From contig JAKACW010000009.1 in NCBI GenBank assembly GCA_021821045.1, forward strand, positions 1,109-65,108: a DNA stretch of 64,000 nt, read 5' to 3'. Both the position numbers and the translations under genes were made by a program. This stretch comes from Pseudomonadota bacterium (GTDB lineage: Bacteria > Pseudomonadota > Gammaproteobacteria > JAADHS01). The notes under the pieces were generated by a model. The model was not told where the DNA came from, made no database searches, and was given only the letters and a program-made list of their open reading frames with translations. Below, in pieces: positions 39,509-50,334 of this stretch (position 1 is the first letter of the stretch; each line of letters opens with the position of its first letter).

Positions 39509-41305
39509 TTACATGACGGTCGCGCCCCGTGCATGATGCAACTGATATAACGACGCGTAGGTTCCACCGCGCGCCAGCAACTCCGCGTGGTTGCCGATTT
39601 CAACGATCTTGCCCTTCTCAAGCACCACGATCCGGTCCGCTTTTTCGATGGTCGACAGGCGGTGGGCGATGATGATGGTGGTGCGGCCAGCTTTCAAGGT
39701 GTCGATTGCTTCCTGGACGTAGCGCTCGGATTGGTTGTCCAACGCGGATGTGGCTTCATCAAAGATGAGAATCTGTGCGTTTTTCAATAACGCCCGGGCG
39801 ATGGCTAGGCGCTGGCGTTGACCACCCGATAGCCGCATGCCCCTTTCGCCGATGACGGTCTCAATGCCTTGGGGCAGTTGGCTGACATACTCCGTGGCAT
39901 GGGCTGCGTTGGCGGCGCGCTGTATCGCTTCGGCATCGGCGCCGGCCATTTCGCCATAGGCGATGTTCGCGGCGACGGAATCGTTGAATAGAACTACATC
40001 TTGGCTTACCAGTGCGATGTGTCTGCGCAGATCGGCTAGCCGCACTTCCTGAGTATCGATTCCATCCAGCAGGATACGTCCGCTGGTGGGTTGATAGAAA
40101 CGTGGGATCAGATGGGCCAGCGTGGTCTTGCCGCTGCCGGAGGCGCCGACGAAGGCGACCGTTTCCCCGGGCTGGATCGTCAGATCGAAGTCGTCCACCG
40201 CGTTGTGGTCGGCGCCGGTGTACCGGAAGGAAACATGCTCGAAGCGCAACTCGCCCTTGACCGTCTCCAGTGCTTTCGTACCGCTATCGGGCTCGGCGGG
40301 TTGGTCTAGCAAGGAGAAAATGGTTTCTGCTGCGGCCAAGCCGCGCTGAATTTTCTCGTTGAGGCTGGTTAGGCGCTTGATTGGCGAGAACAACATGGCC
40401 ATAGCACCGAAGAACGAGACGAACTCGCCGACGGTGATTTGATCCTGCGCCGAGGGCGAGGTGGCGAGGTAAATGACGGCGGCGAGCGCCGCGGCGACGA
40501 TGAGTTGCACGATGGGCACATTCGCCGCCGAGGTGGTGATGATCTTCATCTCATAGCGGCGCACCCAGTTCGCCGATTCATGAAAGCGCGCTTTCTCGTA
40601 CTCTTGACCGCCGTAGACCTTGACGACCTTGTTGCCCGTGATGGCTTCCTCGAGGGTGTGGGTGACATCGCCCATGGACGTCTGCAAGCCGTGACTGAGA
40701 AAGCGCAGTCGCTTGCTGATGGCTTTGACCACGATCACGATCAGCGGTCCGACAAGAAACACGAACAGCGCCAGTTTCCAGTTCAGGTAAAACATCCACG
40801 CCAGCAGACCGATGACTGCCAGCGTATCGCGCACCAGCACGATCAACACGCCCGTTGCCGCGGCGGTCACCTGGGTGACGTTGTAGACCACTCGAGAAAT
40901 CAATGTTCCCGTGGCGTTGTTGTCGTAGAATTCGCTGGGGAAACTGATCAAACGCGCAAACATGTGTTCGCGCAGGTCGAGAACGACTTTGTTGGACACC
41001 CAGTTCAGTGCAACCGTGCTGACATAGTTCGCCGCACCGCGCAGCAAGAACAGCCCGATCAAGATCAACGGCATGAGGCGAATCATGTCGGGGTCTTTCT
41101 CCACGAAGCTGCCATCGAGCAGGGGTTTAAGCAGAGCGGGCAGTGCGGGTTCGGTCAGCGCGAATACGATCATGGCGATGATCGAAACCATGAATACGCG
41201 CCAATAGGGCTTCACCCAGGTCAACAGCCGCAGGTACAGATCGCGGCTGGCGGCAAACGAAGTGGCGGGCGCTTTTCCGCGGCTTGGCTTCTTCACGCGA
41301 TTCAT
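39509..41305 (-). CDS. msbA: Lipid A export ATP-binding/permease protein MsbA
   Basis: 598 aa, six TM helices plus an ABC domain (GASGSGKTT, LSGGQRQRLAIARALL). It sits inside the LPS cluster. Confidence 0.9.
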   Translation of the reverse strand: MNRVKKPSRGKAPATSFAASRDLYLRLLTWVKPYWRVFMVSIIAMIVFALTEPALPALLKPLLDGSFVEKDPDMIRLMPLILIGLFLLRGAANYVSTVALNWVSNKVVLDLREHMFARLISFPSEFYDNNATGTLISRVVYNVTQVTAAATGVLIVLVRDTLAVIGLLAWMFYLNWKLALFVFLVGPLIVIVVKAISKRLRFLSHGLQTSMGDVTHTLEEAITGNKVVKVYGGQEYEKARFHESANWVRRYEMKIITTSAANVPIVQLIVAAALAAVIYLATSPSAQDQITVGEFVSFFGAMAMLFSPIKRLTSLNEKIQRGLAAAETIFSLLDQPAEPDSGTKALETVKGELRFEHVSFRYTGADHNAVDDFDLTIQPGETVAFVGASGSGKTTLAHLIPRFYQPTSGRILLDGIDTQEVRLADLRRHIALVSQDVVLFNDSVAANIAYGEMAGADAEAIQRAANAAHATEYVSQLPQGIETVIGERGMRLSGGQRQRLAIARALLKNAQILIFDEATSALDNQSERYVQEAIDTLKAGRTTIIIAHRLSTIEKADRIVVLEKGKIVEIGNHAELLARGGTYASLYQLHHARGATVM

Positions 41306-42474
41306 CCTGCGCGGGCGGACAGCGCCGCGCCGCGGGCTTCGGCGACGGGCAGCAGCCGAGTGTAAAGGGAAAGCATGCGCTGACTCATCTCCTTAGGCGT
41401 AAGCGGCAGCACCGTGGTGCGAGCGGCGTGGCCGACCGCTTCGCGCACGGCGGGATCGACCAGTTCCTGCAAGTCGGCGATTATACCTTGAACGTCCAGC
41501 GCGTCTCGAATGAAGCCGTTTAGCCCGTGTTGGATGATGTCGACGGCGCCGCACTTTAAGCTTGTTACAACGGGCAAGCCGCAGGCCATGGCTTCGAGGA
41601 CGACGTTGGCGAACGGGTCGTAGAGCGACGGCAGCACCAATGCATCGGCGGCGCCGTAAAACGGCGTCACATCGCGTTGTTCGCCGAGAAAATGCACTCT
41701 GCCGTTCAAGCCGTGATTGGACGCTAAGTCTTGGTAGCGCGATTGGGCTTTATCCCGGCCGATCACAATCAGGTGGGTGTTTTGCGGCAGCTTGGCCGCC
41801 GCTGCGATGCACGTGGCCAAGCCTTTGCGCAGAAAGCCCGATCCGACGAACAGCAGCGTGTAATCGGTTTCCGTGATCCCAAGGCGTTGGCGGATGCCGC
41901 CGCGATGCAGCGAGCGCAACCCCGGATGAAAGTGACGATGATCGATCCCGTTATAGATCGTGAAGAGTTTTTCGTCGGGAAGCCCGAAATAGTGTTTGAT
42001 CTCGTCGCGCACCATGTTGGAGTTGCAGATCACTGCCTTTAACCGCGAGCTGCGGTAGAGTTTTTCCTCGCTGCGCAGAATGAAGTGATGAAACGGACTG
42101 AGCGTCGCGCCAATGCTGGAGAGCGCTCCCTCGACTCGAGCGCGCTGTTTCAACCATTCGCGATGCACGCCGTCGCCGGCGCGGTAGATATCGCAGCAAG
42201 GGGTGCGCTCGTGGGACTGGACGATCGCCGTCGGCCACTGAGCGGCGATGCGGCAGGCCGCCCGTCCAAAAGCCCATTGGCGCCAGGCGCGTCCGATGTG
42301 AAACGGGTTGCAGGTGATGATTTCGGCGTTGGCGACGCTGGTCCAGCGTCGAGTGATCAGGGTGAGCCGTAAGTTCTCCTCCCCAAGCGCTTCGAGCGCC
42401 CGTTCGACAAATCGCTCCGAGCCGCCGGCGGCGGTGTATTTCTGCTTGATGATTACGATGTGCGGCGCCTTCAT
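41302..42474 (-). CDS. waaG: LPS core glucosyltransferase WaaG-like (GT4). Start at the Met at 42474 overlaps the upstream stop.
   Basis: MKAPHIVIIKQKYTAAGGSERFVERALEAL parallels the WaaG N-terminus MK-AFCL-KYFPFGGLQRDF. The C-terminal EX7E region is present. The track ORF adds 52 Arg-rich codons upstream. Confidence 0.75.
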   Translation of the reverse strand: MKAPHIVIIKQKYTAAGGSERFVERALEALGEENLRLTLITRRWTSVANAEIITCNPFHIGRAWRQWAFGRAACRIAAQWPTAIVQSHERTPCCDIYRAGDGVHREWLKQRARVEGALSSIGATLSPFHHFILRSEEKLYRSSRLKAVICNSNMVRDEIKHYFGLPDEKLFTIYNGIDHRHFHPGLRSLHRGGIRQRLGITETDYTLLFVGSGFLRKGLATCIAAAAKLPQNTHLIVIGRDKAQSRYQDLASNHGLNGRVHFLGEQRDVTPFYGAADALVLPSLYDPFANVVLEAMACGLPVVTSLKCGAVDIIQHGLNGFIRDALDVQGIIADLQELVDPAVREAVGHAARTTVLPLTPKEMSQRMLSLYTRLLPVAEARGAALSARAG

Positions 42475-43550
42475 CGGGTCAGCATCCGGTTGACGGCGGC
42501 GTGAACTTGCGCGACTTCGATATCCTGCAGACATTCGCTGACTTTGCCGCCGCCGCAGCCGTCCTGGCCGCAGGGTCGGCATGCATGGCCCGTCGTGATC
42601 ACGACGTTTGGCGTCTGCCACGGCCCCCATTCAAGATCACCGCTCGGTCCGAACAAGGCGACGACCGGCGTTTTCATCGCCGCGGCGATGTGCATGGGCG
42701 CGGAGTCTACCCCGACGAAACAGCGCGCCCTTGAGGTGAGTGCGGCGAGTTCCTTCAACGACAGCTTTCCCGCCAGAGAGAACGGCGCCTGCCGTACGTT
42801 CCGCAGGATCTCATCGACAAATGCCATTTCGGTGGAATCCGGCGCGGCCGTCACGACAACGGCGCTTCCGCCGTCATGCAGCGCATCGATCAATTCCGCG
42901 AATTTGCGCGTCTCCCAACACTTGAACAGCCAGCGCGACGTGGGGTGGATGTGGATGAACGGCGTGTTGTCGAGTCCCAGCGCTGCGAGGTGTTTCGCGA
43001 CGGCATGTTCGGCGGTTTGTCCCGGCACTAAAACCAACGCCCGTTCGGACTTGGCAGGCTGCAATCCCATGCGCCGCAAGGCATCCAAGTGGTGCTCAAC
43101 CGTGTGCCGGCGCGGATTGCCCGGCGCTACCAGGTGAGTGTACGATTTTTTCCACAGCTTCTTGAGGGAGCGCCTGTTGGAATAGGCCACGCGGATGCGC
43201 GGCCGCAGTAGCCATGACAGCCACAGGCCTCGGTTGTGTTCGGTAAGGTGTATCAACGCGTCGTAGCGGCGCTCGCGCAGCCGGTTCGCCAATTCCAGTT
43301 CGCCACGCAAATACTCCTGGACGGATTGCTTGCCGCGGCTGCGCGCAACGGTGTGCAGATTGGAGATGGCCGGATGCAGGCTGAGCATGTCCTGGGTGTC
43401 GCGGTAGACGAGTGCGTCCAGCTCCAAGTGCGGGTAATGCGCCTTCAGCACGCTGAAAACAGGCGAGGTCAGTAACACGTCGCCGTGGTGGCGCAGCTTG
43501 ATGACCAGCACGCGGGATAGGGACGTAAAGTCAACGGCGTCGCGCAGCAT
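42471..43550 (-). CDS. GT9-family heptosyltransferase (WaaQ/III-like). Start at ATG 43550.
   Basis: RVLVIKLRHHGDVLLTSPVFSVLKAHYP is a GT9 N-terminal motif, with FVGVDSAPMHIAAAMKTPVVALFGPS at the C-terminus. Confidence 0.75.
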   Translation of the reverse strand: MLRDAVDFTSLSRVLVIKLRHHGDVLLTSPVFSVLKAHYPHLELDALVYRDTQDMLSLHPAISNLHTVARSRGKQSVQEYLRGELELANRLRERRYDALIHLTEHNRGLWLSWLLRPRIRVAYSNRRSLKKLWKKSYTHLVAPGNPRRHTVEHHLDALRRMGLQPAKSERALVLVPGQTAEHAVAKHLAALGLDNTPFIHIHPTSRWLFKCWETRKFAELIDALHDGGSAVVVTAAPDSTEMAFVDEILRNVRQAPFSLAGKLSLKELAALTSRARCFVGVDSAPMHIAAAMKTPVVALFGPSGDLEWGPWQTPNVVITTGHACRPCGQDGCGGGKVSECLQDIEVAQVHAAVNRMLTR

Positions 43551-43551
43551 G

Positions 43552-44505
43552 TCAGCGTTCGCTCCCGTCGTAAAAACTTGGCTCTCCCGGCGGTCGATCC
43601 TTGAAGCGCCGGTGTATCCACAGGTATTGCTCGGGCATTCGTCTGACTTGTTCCTCAATCAGCATATTGATTCGATCCATGTCCTGCTGCGGGTCGTTAG
43701 TCGGGAAATCCTCAAGCGCGGGCAGTATGGTCAAGCGGTAGCGCAGGGGATGATAAGACAGCCTCTCTGACACAAATGGCACCACTCTCGCGCCGCTCAA
43801 TTTCGCCAAGCGCGCGGGCGCGGGGTTGGTCGCGGCAAGCACGCCGAAAAACGGGGAGAACACACTGTGACGCAATCCGAAGTTCTGATCCGATGCAAAC
43901 CATACCGTCCGGCCGTCCTGCAGTGCGCGAACCGTGGCTTTTATATCATCCCGCGGGATGGCGGCGCCAATGCGCGAGCGTCGTTGCTCAGTGGCGATGC
44001 CATCGATGACGGGATGTTCGTGGGGGCGGTACACCGCCGTAATGGGGATCGGGCTGAACAAAGCCATCATCGGACCGCTGATTTCGAGCGTTGTGTAGTG
44101 AGCGCCAAGCAGGATAACGCCGGAGCCATCCCGGGCTGCCGCCTCTAAATGCTCCGTCCCGTGCACGTCGACCAAAACTCGAAGTTTGTCTCTCGGTGCC
44201 CACCATGCGAGGCTGGCTTCGAGGAAACTCATGCCCAGCGACTCGAAGTGCCGGGTGAGGAGCGCCTCTCGTTCCGCCGGGGAAAGCGCCGGAAAACAGA
44301 TTTTGAGATTGATGTCGGCGATGCGCCGCCGCCGCGGCGCGATGTGCTTGAACATCCGCCCCAGCAGCGGCCCGAGTTTCCCCAAGAAGTCTGGCGGCAA
44401 CGAGGCGAGCGCGCGATGTAAAGCCAGGCCCAGGTGCGCGGCCCAGGCCGAAAGTCGACTGTAGGATCGCTGGTAGCGTACGGATTTGACGGGATGGTCG
44501 GTCAC
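43552..44505 (-). CDS. Lipid A biosynthesis late acyltransferase (LpxL/HtrB/LpxM family)
   Basis: 317 aa. LABLAT family: HYTTLEI (the H-x4-E variant of the HX4D box), and C-terminal YLWIHRRFK. Confidence 0.8.
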   Translation of the reverse strand: MTDHPVKSVRYQRSYSRLSAWAAHLGLALHRALASLPPDFLGKLGPLLGRMFKHIAPRRRRIADINLKICFPALSPAEREALLTRHFESLGMSFLEASLAWWAPRDKLRVLVDVHGTEHLEAAARDGSGVILLGAHYTTLEISGPMMALFSPIPITAVYRPHEHPVIDGIATEQRRSRIGAAIPRDDIKATVRALQDGRTVWFASDQNFGLRHSVFSPFFGVLAATNPAPARLAKLSGARVVPFVSERLSYHPLRYRLTILPALEDFPTNDPQQDMDRINMLIEEQVRRMPEQYLWIHRRFKDRPPGEPSFYDGSER

Positions 44506-44657
44506 AACGATGGTGCTGGCACTCAGTAATTCAGTGAGCGGGCGCCCATTGTACCTCAGATTTGCTCGTCCACCGATGGGCGGTGGTCGCCGGTTTAGCC
44601 TGCGGGCTATGGTAAAATCCCGCCTTCAATTTTCGCCACAGCTTGCTAGAGGGGCAC

Positions 44658-46085
44658 ATGAAAGTCGCGATGCCGGAATGGGAAAAGGCGCGGGTGCTGG
44701 TTGTCGGCGATGTCATGCTGGACCGCTACTGGTACGGCGGGACGTCGCGCATCTCGCCCGAGGCGCCGGTACCGGTGGTGCATGTGCGCGACAACGAAGA
44801 GCGCATCGGCGGCGCCGGCAACGTGGCGCTTAACGTGGCGGCGTTGGGGGCGCATGTGGTTGCCGTCGGTCAGATCGGCGAGGATGACGCCGCGCAAGCC
44901 GTGAAGCGTCTGCTCGATCAAGCCGGCGTGGTGAACGCCCTGGCCATCAATCCCGCCTCGCCGACCATCACCAAGCTGCGGGTGGTCAGTCGCCAGCAAC
45001 AGCTTATCCGGCTTGATTTCGAGGATGCGGACATCACTGTTCCCATCGAACCGCTGTTGGCATGTCTAGATCGACATATCGAGAATGTCGATGTCGTTGT
45101 GCTGTCGGACTACGGCAAGGGCGTGCTGCGCAACCCGCGTCCGTTCATCGAGCGGGCGCGCCGGGCCGGCAAACCCGTGCTCATCGACCCCAAGACCAAG
45201 GACTTTGGCCTTTATCGCGGCGCATCCTTGGTGACCCCCAACATGAATGAGTTCGAGGCGGTGGTCGGGCGTTGCGCGGATGAACAGGAGCTGGTGAAGA
45301 AGGCCCTCAAGCTGATCGCGCAGCATGAGATCGAGGCGCTGCTGGTTACCCGCGGCGAACACGGCATGAGCCTGATCCGCCCGAACCAGGAACCTCTTCA
45401 TCTGCCGACTCAGGCCAGAGAGGTATTCGATGTCACCGGCGCGGGCGACACGGTCATCGCCGTTGCGGCGGCGGCGCTGGCGGCGGGTTGCGACTTGGCC
45501 GATGCAGTCTATCTGTCCAATGTCGGCGCCGGAATCGTTGTCGGTAAGCTGGGTACGGCCACTGTTTCCGTGCCCGAGCTGCGGCGCGCCCTGCACGAGC
45601 TGCACGAGTATAAATTCGATATTGTTCCCGAAGACGAGTTGGTCACTCTAGTGGAGGAAGCCAAGGCGCAAGGCGAGACGGTCGTCATGACCAACGGCTG
45701 TTTCGATATTCTCCATGCCGGCCACGTTCAGTACCTGGAAGAAGCGCGCAAACTCGGCGACCGTTTGATCGTCGCCGTGAACGACGATGATTCGGTTCGA
45801 AAACTCAAAGGCGAAGGGCGCCCGATCAATCCGGTCGGCCAGCGCATGGCGGTGCTGGCGGCACTCAAGAGTGTTGATTGGGTAGTGCCCTTTAGCGAGG
45901 ACACCCCCGAGCGACTAATTTGCCGGGTGATCCCCGACATTTTGGTCAAGGGAGGCGACTACCGGCCGGAGCAAATTGCCGGCGGCGAGTGTGTCCAGGC
46001 CAATGGCGGTCAAGTCGTCGTGCTGAGCTTTAAGGACGGGTGTTCGACGTCGAATATCATAAACAAGATTCGAGCAACTGAGTAA
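44658..46085 (+). CDS. hldE: Bifunctional heptose 7-phosphate kinase / heptose 1-phosphate adenylyltransferase HldE (RfaE)
   Basis: [31 protein letters not shown] is the ribokinase-like domain I. The C-terminal cytidylyltransferase-like domain II has [16 protein letters not shown]. Confidence 0.93.
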   Translation: MKVAMPEWEKARVLVVGDVMLDRYWYGGTSRISPEAPVPVVHVRDNEERIGGAGNVALNVAALGAHVVAVGQIGEDDAAQAVKRLLDQAGVVNALAINPASPTITKLRVVSRQQQLIRLDFEDADITVPIEPLLACLDRHIENVDVVVLSDYGKGVLRNPRPFIERARRAGKPVLIDPKTKDFGLYRGASLVTPNMNEFEAVVGRCADEQELVKKALKLIAQHEIEALLVTRGEHGMSLIRPNQEPLHLPTQAREVFDVTGAGDTVIAVAAAALAAGCDLADAVYLSNVGAGIVVGKLGTATVSVPELRRALHELHEYKFDIVPEDELVTLVEEAKAQGETVVMTNGCFDILHAGHVQYLEEARKLGDRLIVAVNDDDSVRKLKGEGRPINPVGQRMAVLAALKSVDWVVPFSEDTPERLICRVIPDILVKGGDYRPEQIAGGECVQANGGQVVVLSFKDGCSTSNIINKIRATE

Positions 46086-46140
46086 CCGACGGCGTGCCGC
46101 GAGGCTGCGCTCGCCTTGCGCAACATCGCAGAACCGTTGT

Positions 46141-46282
46141 CGGAGCGGATCGTTCCGCGATATGAATCGGCGAAGAATCGCGGTAAGAAACCGCTCCCAC
46201 GATAAGATTGTAGGAGCGGATTTATCCGCGAAACGCGTCGGCGACGAATGGTCGAAGAATCGCGGTAGGAAACCGCTCCCAC
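46141..46282. repeat. REP cluster (4 units) between hldE and hldD
   Basis: GGAGCGGATCGTTCCGCGAT, GAAGAATCGCGGTAAGAAACCGCTCCCAC, GTAGGAGCGGATTTATCCGCGAAAC, GAAGAATCGCGGTAGGAAACCGCTCCCAC. Confidence 0.9.
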
Positions 46283-46319
46283 AGCGACACGGGCATTGAG
46301 AACAAAAAAGAGGTTCCAA

Positions 46320-47264
46320 ATGATTATCGTTACCGGAGGGGCCGGCTTCATCGGCAGCAACATGGTCAAGGCGCTGAATGAGCGGGGTCGGCGCGACATT
46401 CTCGTCGTCGATGATTTGCAGGATGGAACCAAGTTCAAGAACATTGTCGATTGCGACATCTTGGATTACGTCGATAAGGACGATTTCATTTCCCAAGTGA
46501 ACGCCGGCGGTTGGAAGCATCTCCCCGACGTGATTTTTCATAATGGCGCGTGTTCGACCACCACGGAGTGGGACGGCCGCTACATGATGGCTACCAACTA
46601 CGAGTATTCCAAATCCCTGCTGTATTACTGCACCAGCGCCCGCGTGCCCTATATTTACGCCTCGTCTGCGGCGACCTACGGTGCAAGCACGGTATTTCGT
46701 GAGGAACCAGCCTACGAAGCGCCGCTCAATGTGTACGGTTACAGCAAACTGCTGTTCGACAACTACGTGCGCCGCACCATGCAGCGCACGACCAGCCAGG
46801 TCGTTGGTCTGCGGTATTTCAACGTCTATGGCCCGCGCGAGCAGCACAAAGGTTCCATGGCGAGCGTGGCGTTTCATCTCAACAACCAACTTCTCGAAAC
46901 GGGTAAAGTGCGGCTGTTCGAAGGCTGCGACGGGTATGGGGATGGCGAGCAGCGCCGGGATTTCATTTATGTCGGCGACGTGGTGGCGGTAAATCTGTGG
47001 TTGTGGGAACATCCAACCAAAAGCGGTATTTTCAATCTCGGCACCGGACGCAGTCAGCCGTTCAACGATGTCGCCAAGGCGGTTATCGCCCATCACAGGC
47101 GCGGCGAGATCGACTACATTCCCTTCCCCGATCACCTGCGCGGCCGTTACCAAAGTTTCACCGAAGCGGACATGAGCCGCTTGCGCGCGATCGGTTACGA
47201 CGCACCGTTCAAGACCGTCGAAGAGGGTGTGGCCGAATACCTGGCGTGGCTTAACCGGTCGTAA
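46320..47264 (+). CDS. hldD: ADP-L-glycero-D-manno-heptose 6-epimerase HldD (RfaD). Start at the Met at 46320.
   Basis: [23 protein letters not shown]...YGYSKLLFD (an SDR YxxxK). Confidence 0.93.
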   Translation: MIIVTGGAGFIGSNMVKALNERGRRDILVVDDLQDGTKFKNIVDCDILDYVDKDDFISQVNAGGWKHLPDVIFHNGACSTTTEWDGRYMMATNYEYSKSLLYYCTSARVPYIYASSAATYGASTVFREEPAYEAPLNVYGYSKLLFDNYVRRTMQRTTSQVVGLRYFNVYGPREQHKGSMASVAFHLNNQLLETGKVRLFEGCDGYGDGEQRRDFIYVGDVVAVNLWLWEHPTKSGIFNLGTGRSQPFNDVAKAVIAHHRRGEIDYIPFPDHLRGRYQSFTEADMSRLRAIGYDAPFKTVEEGVAEYLAWLNRS

Positions 47265-47281
47265 ACGGGCGCGCCGCACGT

Positions 47282-48559
47282 ATGGTGTTGTCGCGCCGGC
47301 TGTATACTCTCCTGCTGTATGTTCTGACGCCGTTGTTCATTGCGCGGCTCGCCTTGCGCGGCATGAAAGCGCCCGCTTATTTTGGTCATTGGCCCGAGCG
47401 CTTCGGTTTTGGCGGCCGCTTGTCGCGGTCCAAAACAGTGGTTTGGCTGCACGCGGTTTCGGTGGGCGAAGTTCTCGCCGCACGGCCCTTGGTCGAGAGG
47501 CTGCGGACGCGACTACCCCACAATGACTGGCTCATCACCGTTACCACGCCGACGGGCCGCGAGCGCGCGGAGGCCGTATTTGGGGCGTTCGCGACTGTGC
47601 GTTACTTGCCTTATGATCTGCCGGGCGCGGTACGGCGTTTCTTGGATCGCATTGAACCTGCCTTGGCCGTGGTGATGGAAACCGAACTCTGGCCGAATCT
47701 GTTCACTGAGCTTCGCCGTCGCAACGTTCCGTTGGTTCTGGCTAACGTGCGAATGTCGGAAAAATCCGCGACGGGTTACAGGAAGTTCGCTGCTCTGACG
47801 CGCGACATCTTGTCGAATGTGACCTGGGCGGCCGTTCAGACAGAACATGACCGGCGACGAATGGTCGAGCTGGGTTTGAGTGCCGAGAGGATTGCCGTGA
47901 CCGGCAGCGTCAAGCTCGACGCCCAGATTTTTCCCGAGTCCATCACAGCCGGTCGACACTTGCGCGAACTACTTGGCGTGAACAGACCGATCTGGATCGC
48001 GGCCAGCACGCGGCCGCACGAAGAAGCAATCGTGCTCGACGCGCACCGCGACGTTCTGCGGCAACTTCCCGATGCCGGACTGCTACTCGTGCCGCGGCAC
48101 CCTGAGCGCTTCGAAGAGGTGGCGCAACTCATCGCTCAACGTGGGTTTGTGTCGCATCGGCGCAGCAGCGCGTCGGCGCCAAGTCGAGACTGGCAGGTCT
48201 ATCTTGGCGACACCATGGGCGAGCTCACGACGCTTTATGCGGCCAGCGACGTTGCATTCGTCGGCGGCAGCATCGAGCCTTTAGGCGGACAAAACATCCT
48301 TGAGCCCGCCGCGCTTGGACTGCCCGTGTTGAGTGGGCCGCATACGTTCAACTTCGCGCAAGTTGCCGACGAATTGGAGAAAGCCGGGGGCCTGGTGCGA
48401 GTCGCAGACGCGGCAGAACTGGCGGCCAGTGTTGTTCGTTTGCTGCGGTCCGCGCCCGATCGCCACGAGCAGGGTTGCTGCGCCAGAAATTACGTGACCG
48501 CCAACCAGGGGGCAACGGATAGGGTAGTGGAGGGCATCTTGGCGCTAAGCAGCCGCTGA
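47282..48559 (+). CDS. waaA: Kdo transferase WaaA (KdtA)
   Basis: VWLHAVSVGEVLAARPLVERLR and the C-terminal GGSIEPLGGQNILEPAALGLPVLSGPHTFNF are KdtA signatures. Confidence 0.92.
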   Translation: MVLSRRLYTLLLYVLTPLFIARLALRGMKAPAYFGHWPERFGFGGRLSRSKTVVWLHAVSVGEVLAARPLVERLRTRLPHNDWLITVTTPTGRERAEAVFGAFATVRYLPYDLPGAVRRFLDRIEPALAVVMETELWPNLFTELRRRNVPLVLANVRMSEKSATGYRKFAALTRDILSNVTWAAVQTEHDRRRMVELGLSAERIAVTGSVKLDAQIFPESITAGRHLRELLGVNRPIWIAASTRPHEEAIVLDAHRDVLRQLPDAGLLLVPRHPERFEEVAQLIAQRGFVSHRRSSASAPSRDWQVYLGDTMGELTTLYAASDVAFVGGSIEPLGGQNILEPAALGLPVLSGPHTFNFAQVADELEKAGGLVRVADAAELAASVVRLLRSAPDRHEQGCCARNYVTANQGATDRVVEGILALSSR

Positions 48560-48581
48560 TCTATTCGGATTCATGAATTCG

Positions 48582-49952
48582 TCAGTTCAACCACTGAACC
48601 AGCTCTTCAAAATCCGCGATGGCCAGAGTGCCGGCGGCTTCTTTTAAGCGCAGCAGGCTCAGAATGTAGTCATAGCGGGCGCGCGCATGATCTCGCTGGG
48701 CACGGAAGAGCTCTCGGCGGGTCGTGAGGACGTCGACGGTGGTGCGTGTTCCCACCTCCAATCCCGCTTCGGATGCGGTCAGTGCGCTCTGAGTGGAAAC
48801 CAAGGCTTGCTCAAGCGCTTTGACCTGGCTAATGGATGCCAGCACGCTCAAATAGGCATCTTTGACTTGGCGATGAATGTTGCGCGTGGTTTGCTCCAGT
48901 GTTTCAAGCGACTGGTCCAACCTGTAGCGTGCTTCGCCGGCGCGTGCCATGGTTCCGCCGCCCCTTGAGATGGGTACCGATAGTTGCAGCATTACCAAGG
49001 TATTGCTAACACTTAGGTCGTTGTACGTGGGTCCGCCGTCTTCTAAATAATTATACTGGCCGATGAGGTCGAGCGCGGGATAGTGTCCGGCCTGTTGACG
49101 GCGCAGTTCGTCGCGGGCGATTTCGACCTGGGTTCGCGTCGCTTGCAGTGAATAGTTGGTTGACAATGCTGTGTCCACCCACGATTTCACATCAGCGGGC
49201 TCCGGCGGCGTGAGCGGCAAATTCTCCACCAACCGGCTGAGCGAGTCGTGGTATCGGCCGGATAATTCGCGCAGGGCCTCCCTCGCCCCGGAGACCGCAT
49301 TCTCGGCCGCGATCTCGGATGCCACCGTTACGTCGTAGGCCGCCTGGGATTCGTGCACGTCCGTTACGGCGATCAATCCCACTTCGAAGCGTTGTCGCGT
49401 TTGTTCCAACTGGCGGCCGACCGCTTCCTTCTCGGCGCGGACGAAATCCAAGTTGTCTTGGACTGCGAGTGCGGTGAAGTAGCGTTCTGCAACGCGGATC
49501 ATCAAATTGCGTTGGGCGGCCTCGAATTCGGCATCCGATTGCTGAATTCCCGAACGAGTTTGAGCCATGAGCTTGTAGCTGTCATGGTGGTAGATCGGCT
49601 GGGTTAACGAAACGCCATAACCGAGCCCGGTGTCTTCGGTGGAGAAGTCGCCGTACTCGACGCTGCTCGAGCGCGCACTGGCCGTCAAATCAGCTTGCGG
49701 CAGCAAATTGGCGATGCTTTGCTTGTGGCGTTCACGGGCCGCTTGGCGCGCCGCCGCAGCGCTGCGTAAGGTGGGTTCCTGCTGCTCGGCCACGAAGTAG
49801 ACGTCGAGCAAGTTCTCCGCATGGGCTGGGAATACGAGGGAGCACAGTAGTGCGAGCGCTGCAACCCGCGGGGCAGATCCATTCGCCAAATCGAGACTCC
49901 TTTTCGGTTTCGGTTGCCGGGGGGAAAGTATAGCAAAACCTAAAATTGGCAC
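48582..49952 (-). CDS. tolC: TolC-family outer-membrane efflux channel
   Basis: 456 aa. Signal peptide (...LLCSLVFPAHA), then two TolC repeat halves (LLDVYFVAEQQEPTLRSAAAARQAARE...; LSLLRLKEAAGTL at the C-terminus). Confidence 0.88.
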   Translation of the reverse strand: MPILGFAILSPRQPKPKRSLDLANGSAPRVAALALLCSLVFPAHAENLLDVYFVAEQQEPTLRSAAAARQAARERHKQSIANLLPQADLTASARSSSVEYGDFSTEDTGLGYGVSLTQPIYHHDSYKLMAQTRSGIQQSDAEFEAAQRNLMIRVAERYFTALAVQDNLDFVRAEKEAVGRQLEQTRQRFEVGLIAVTDVHESQAAYDVTVASEIAAENAVSGAREALRELSGRYHDSLSRLVENLPLTPPEPADVKSWVDTALSTNYSLQATRTQVEIARDELRRQQAGHYPALDLIGQYNYLEDGGPTYNDLSVSNTLVMLQLSVPISRGGGTMARAGEARYRLDQSLETLEQTTRNIHRQVKDAYLSVLASISQVKALEQALVSTQSALTASEAGLEVGTRTTVDVLTTRRELFRAQRDHARARYDYILSLLRLKEAAGTLAIADFEELVQWLN

Positions 49953-49994
49953 CCGCTACGCCGCGCGACACGCGGCAAGGTGAACTGGGATCCG

Positions 49995-50315
49995 TTAATA
50001 AGTGGGCATCTGGGGATCGACTTCCCGCGCCCAGGCGTCGACGCCGCCGGTCAGGTTGACGACGTTTTTAAACCCGGCTTTTTCCAGAAATTGCGCCACC
50101 TGCTGACTGCGCATCCCATGGTGGCAGACCACAACGATTTGACGGGTCGGATCGAGTTGTTTGTACGTTGTCGGGATCTGCCCCATGGGCATGTGAACCG
50201 CGCCTTCGATGTGGCAGGTTTGGAATTCCCAAGGTTCTCGCACGTCGAGCAGCATGGGAGGGTTTGTTGCGCTCTCCAGGTACTTCTTGAGCTGCTTCGG
50301 CGTTATTTGTTGCAT
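49995..50315 (-). CDS. Single-domain rhodanese (GlpE-like thiosulfate sulfurtransferase)
   Basis: 106 aa, LLDVREPWEF...VVVCHHGMRSQQVAQFL, with the catalytic Cys in CHHGMRS. Confidence 0.85.
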   Translation of the reverse strand: MQQITPKQLKKYLESATNPPMLLDVREPWEFQTCHIEGAVHMPMGQIPTTYKQLDPTRQIVVVCHHGMRSQQVAQFLEKAGFKNVVNLTGGVDAWAREVDPQMPTY

Positions 50316-50334
50316 GAGGTAGATCCTTAACGGC

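Noticed and set aside
48560-48581. Quasi-palindrome CGGATTCATGAATTCG between the convergent waaA and tolC genes
   Set aside because: Only 8 bp with a mismatch and no U-run. It is possibly a weak bidirectional terminator but not supportable.
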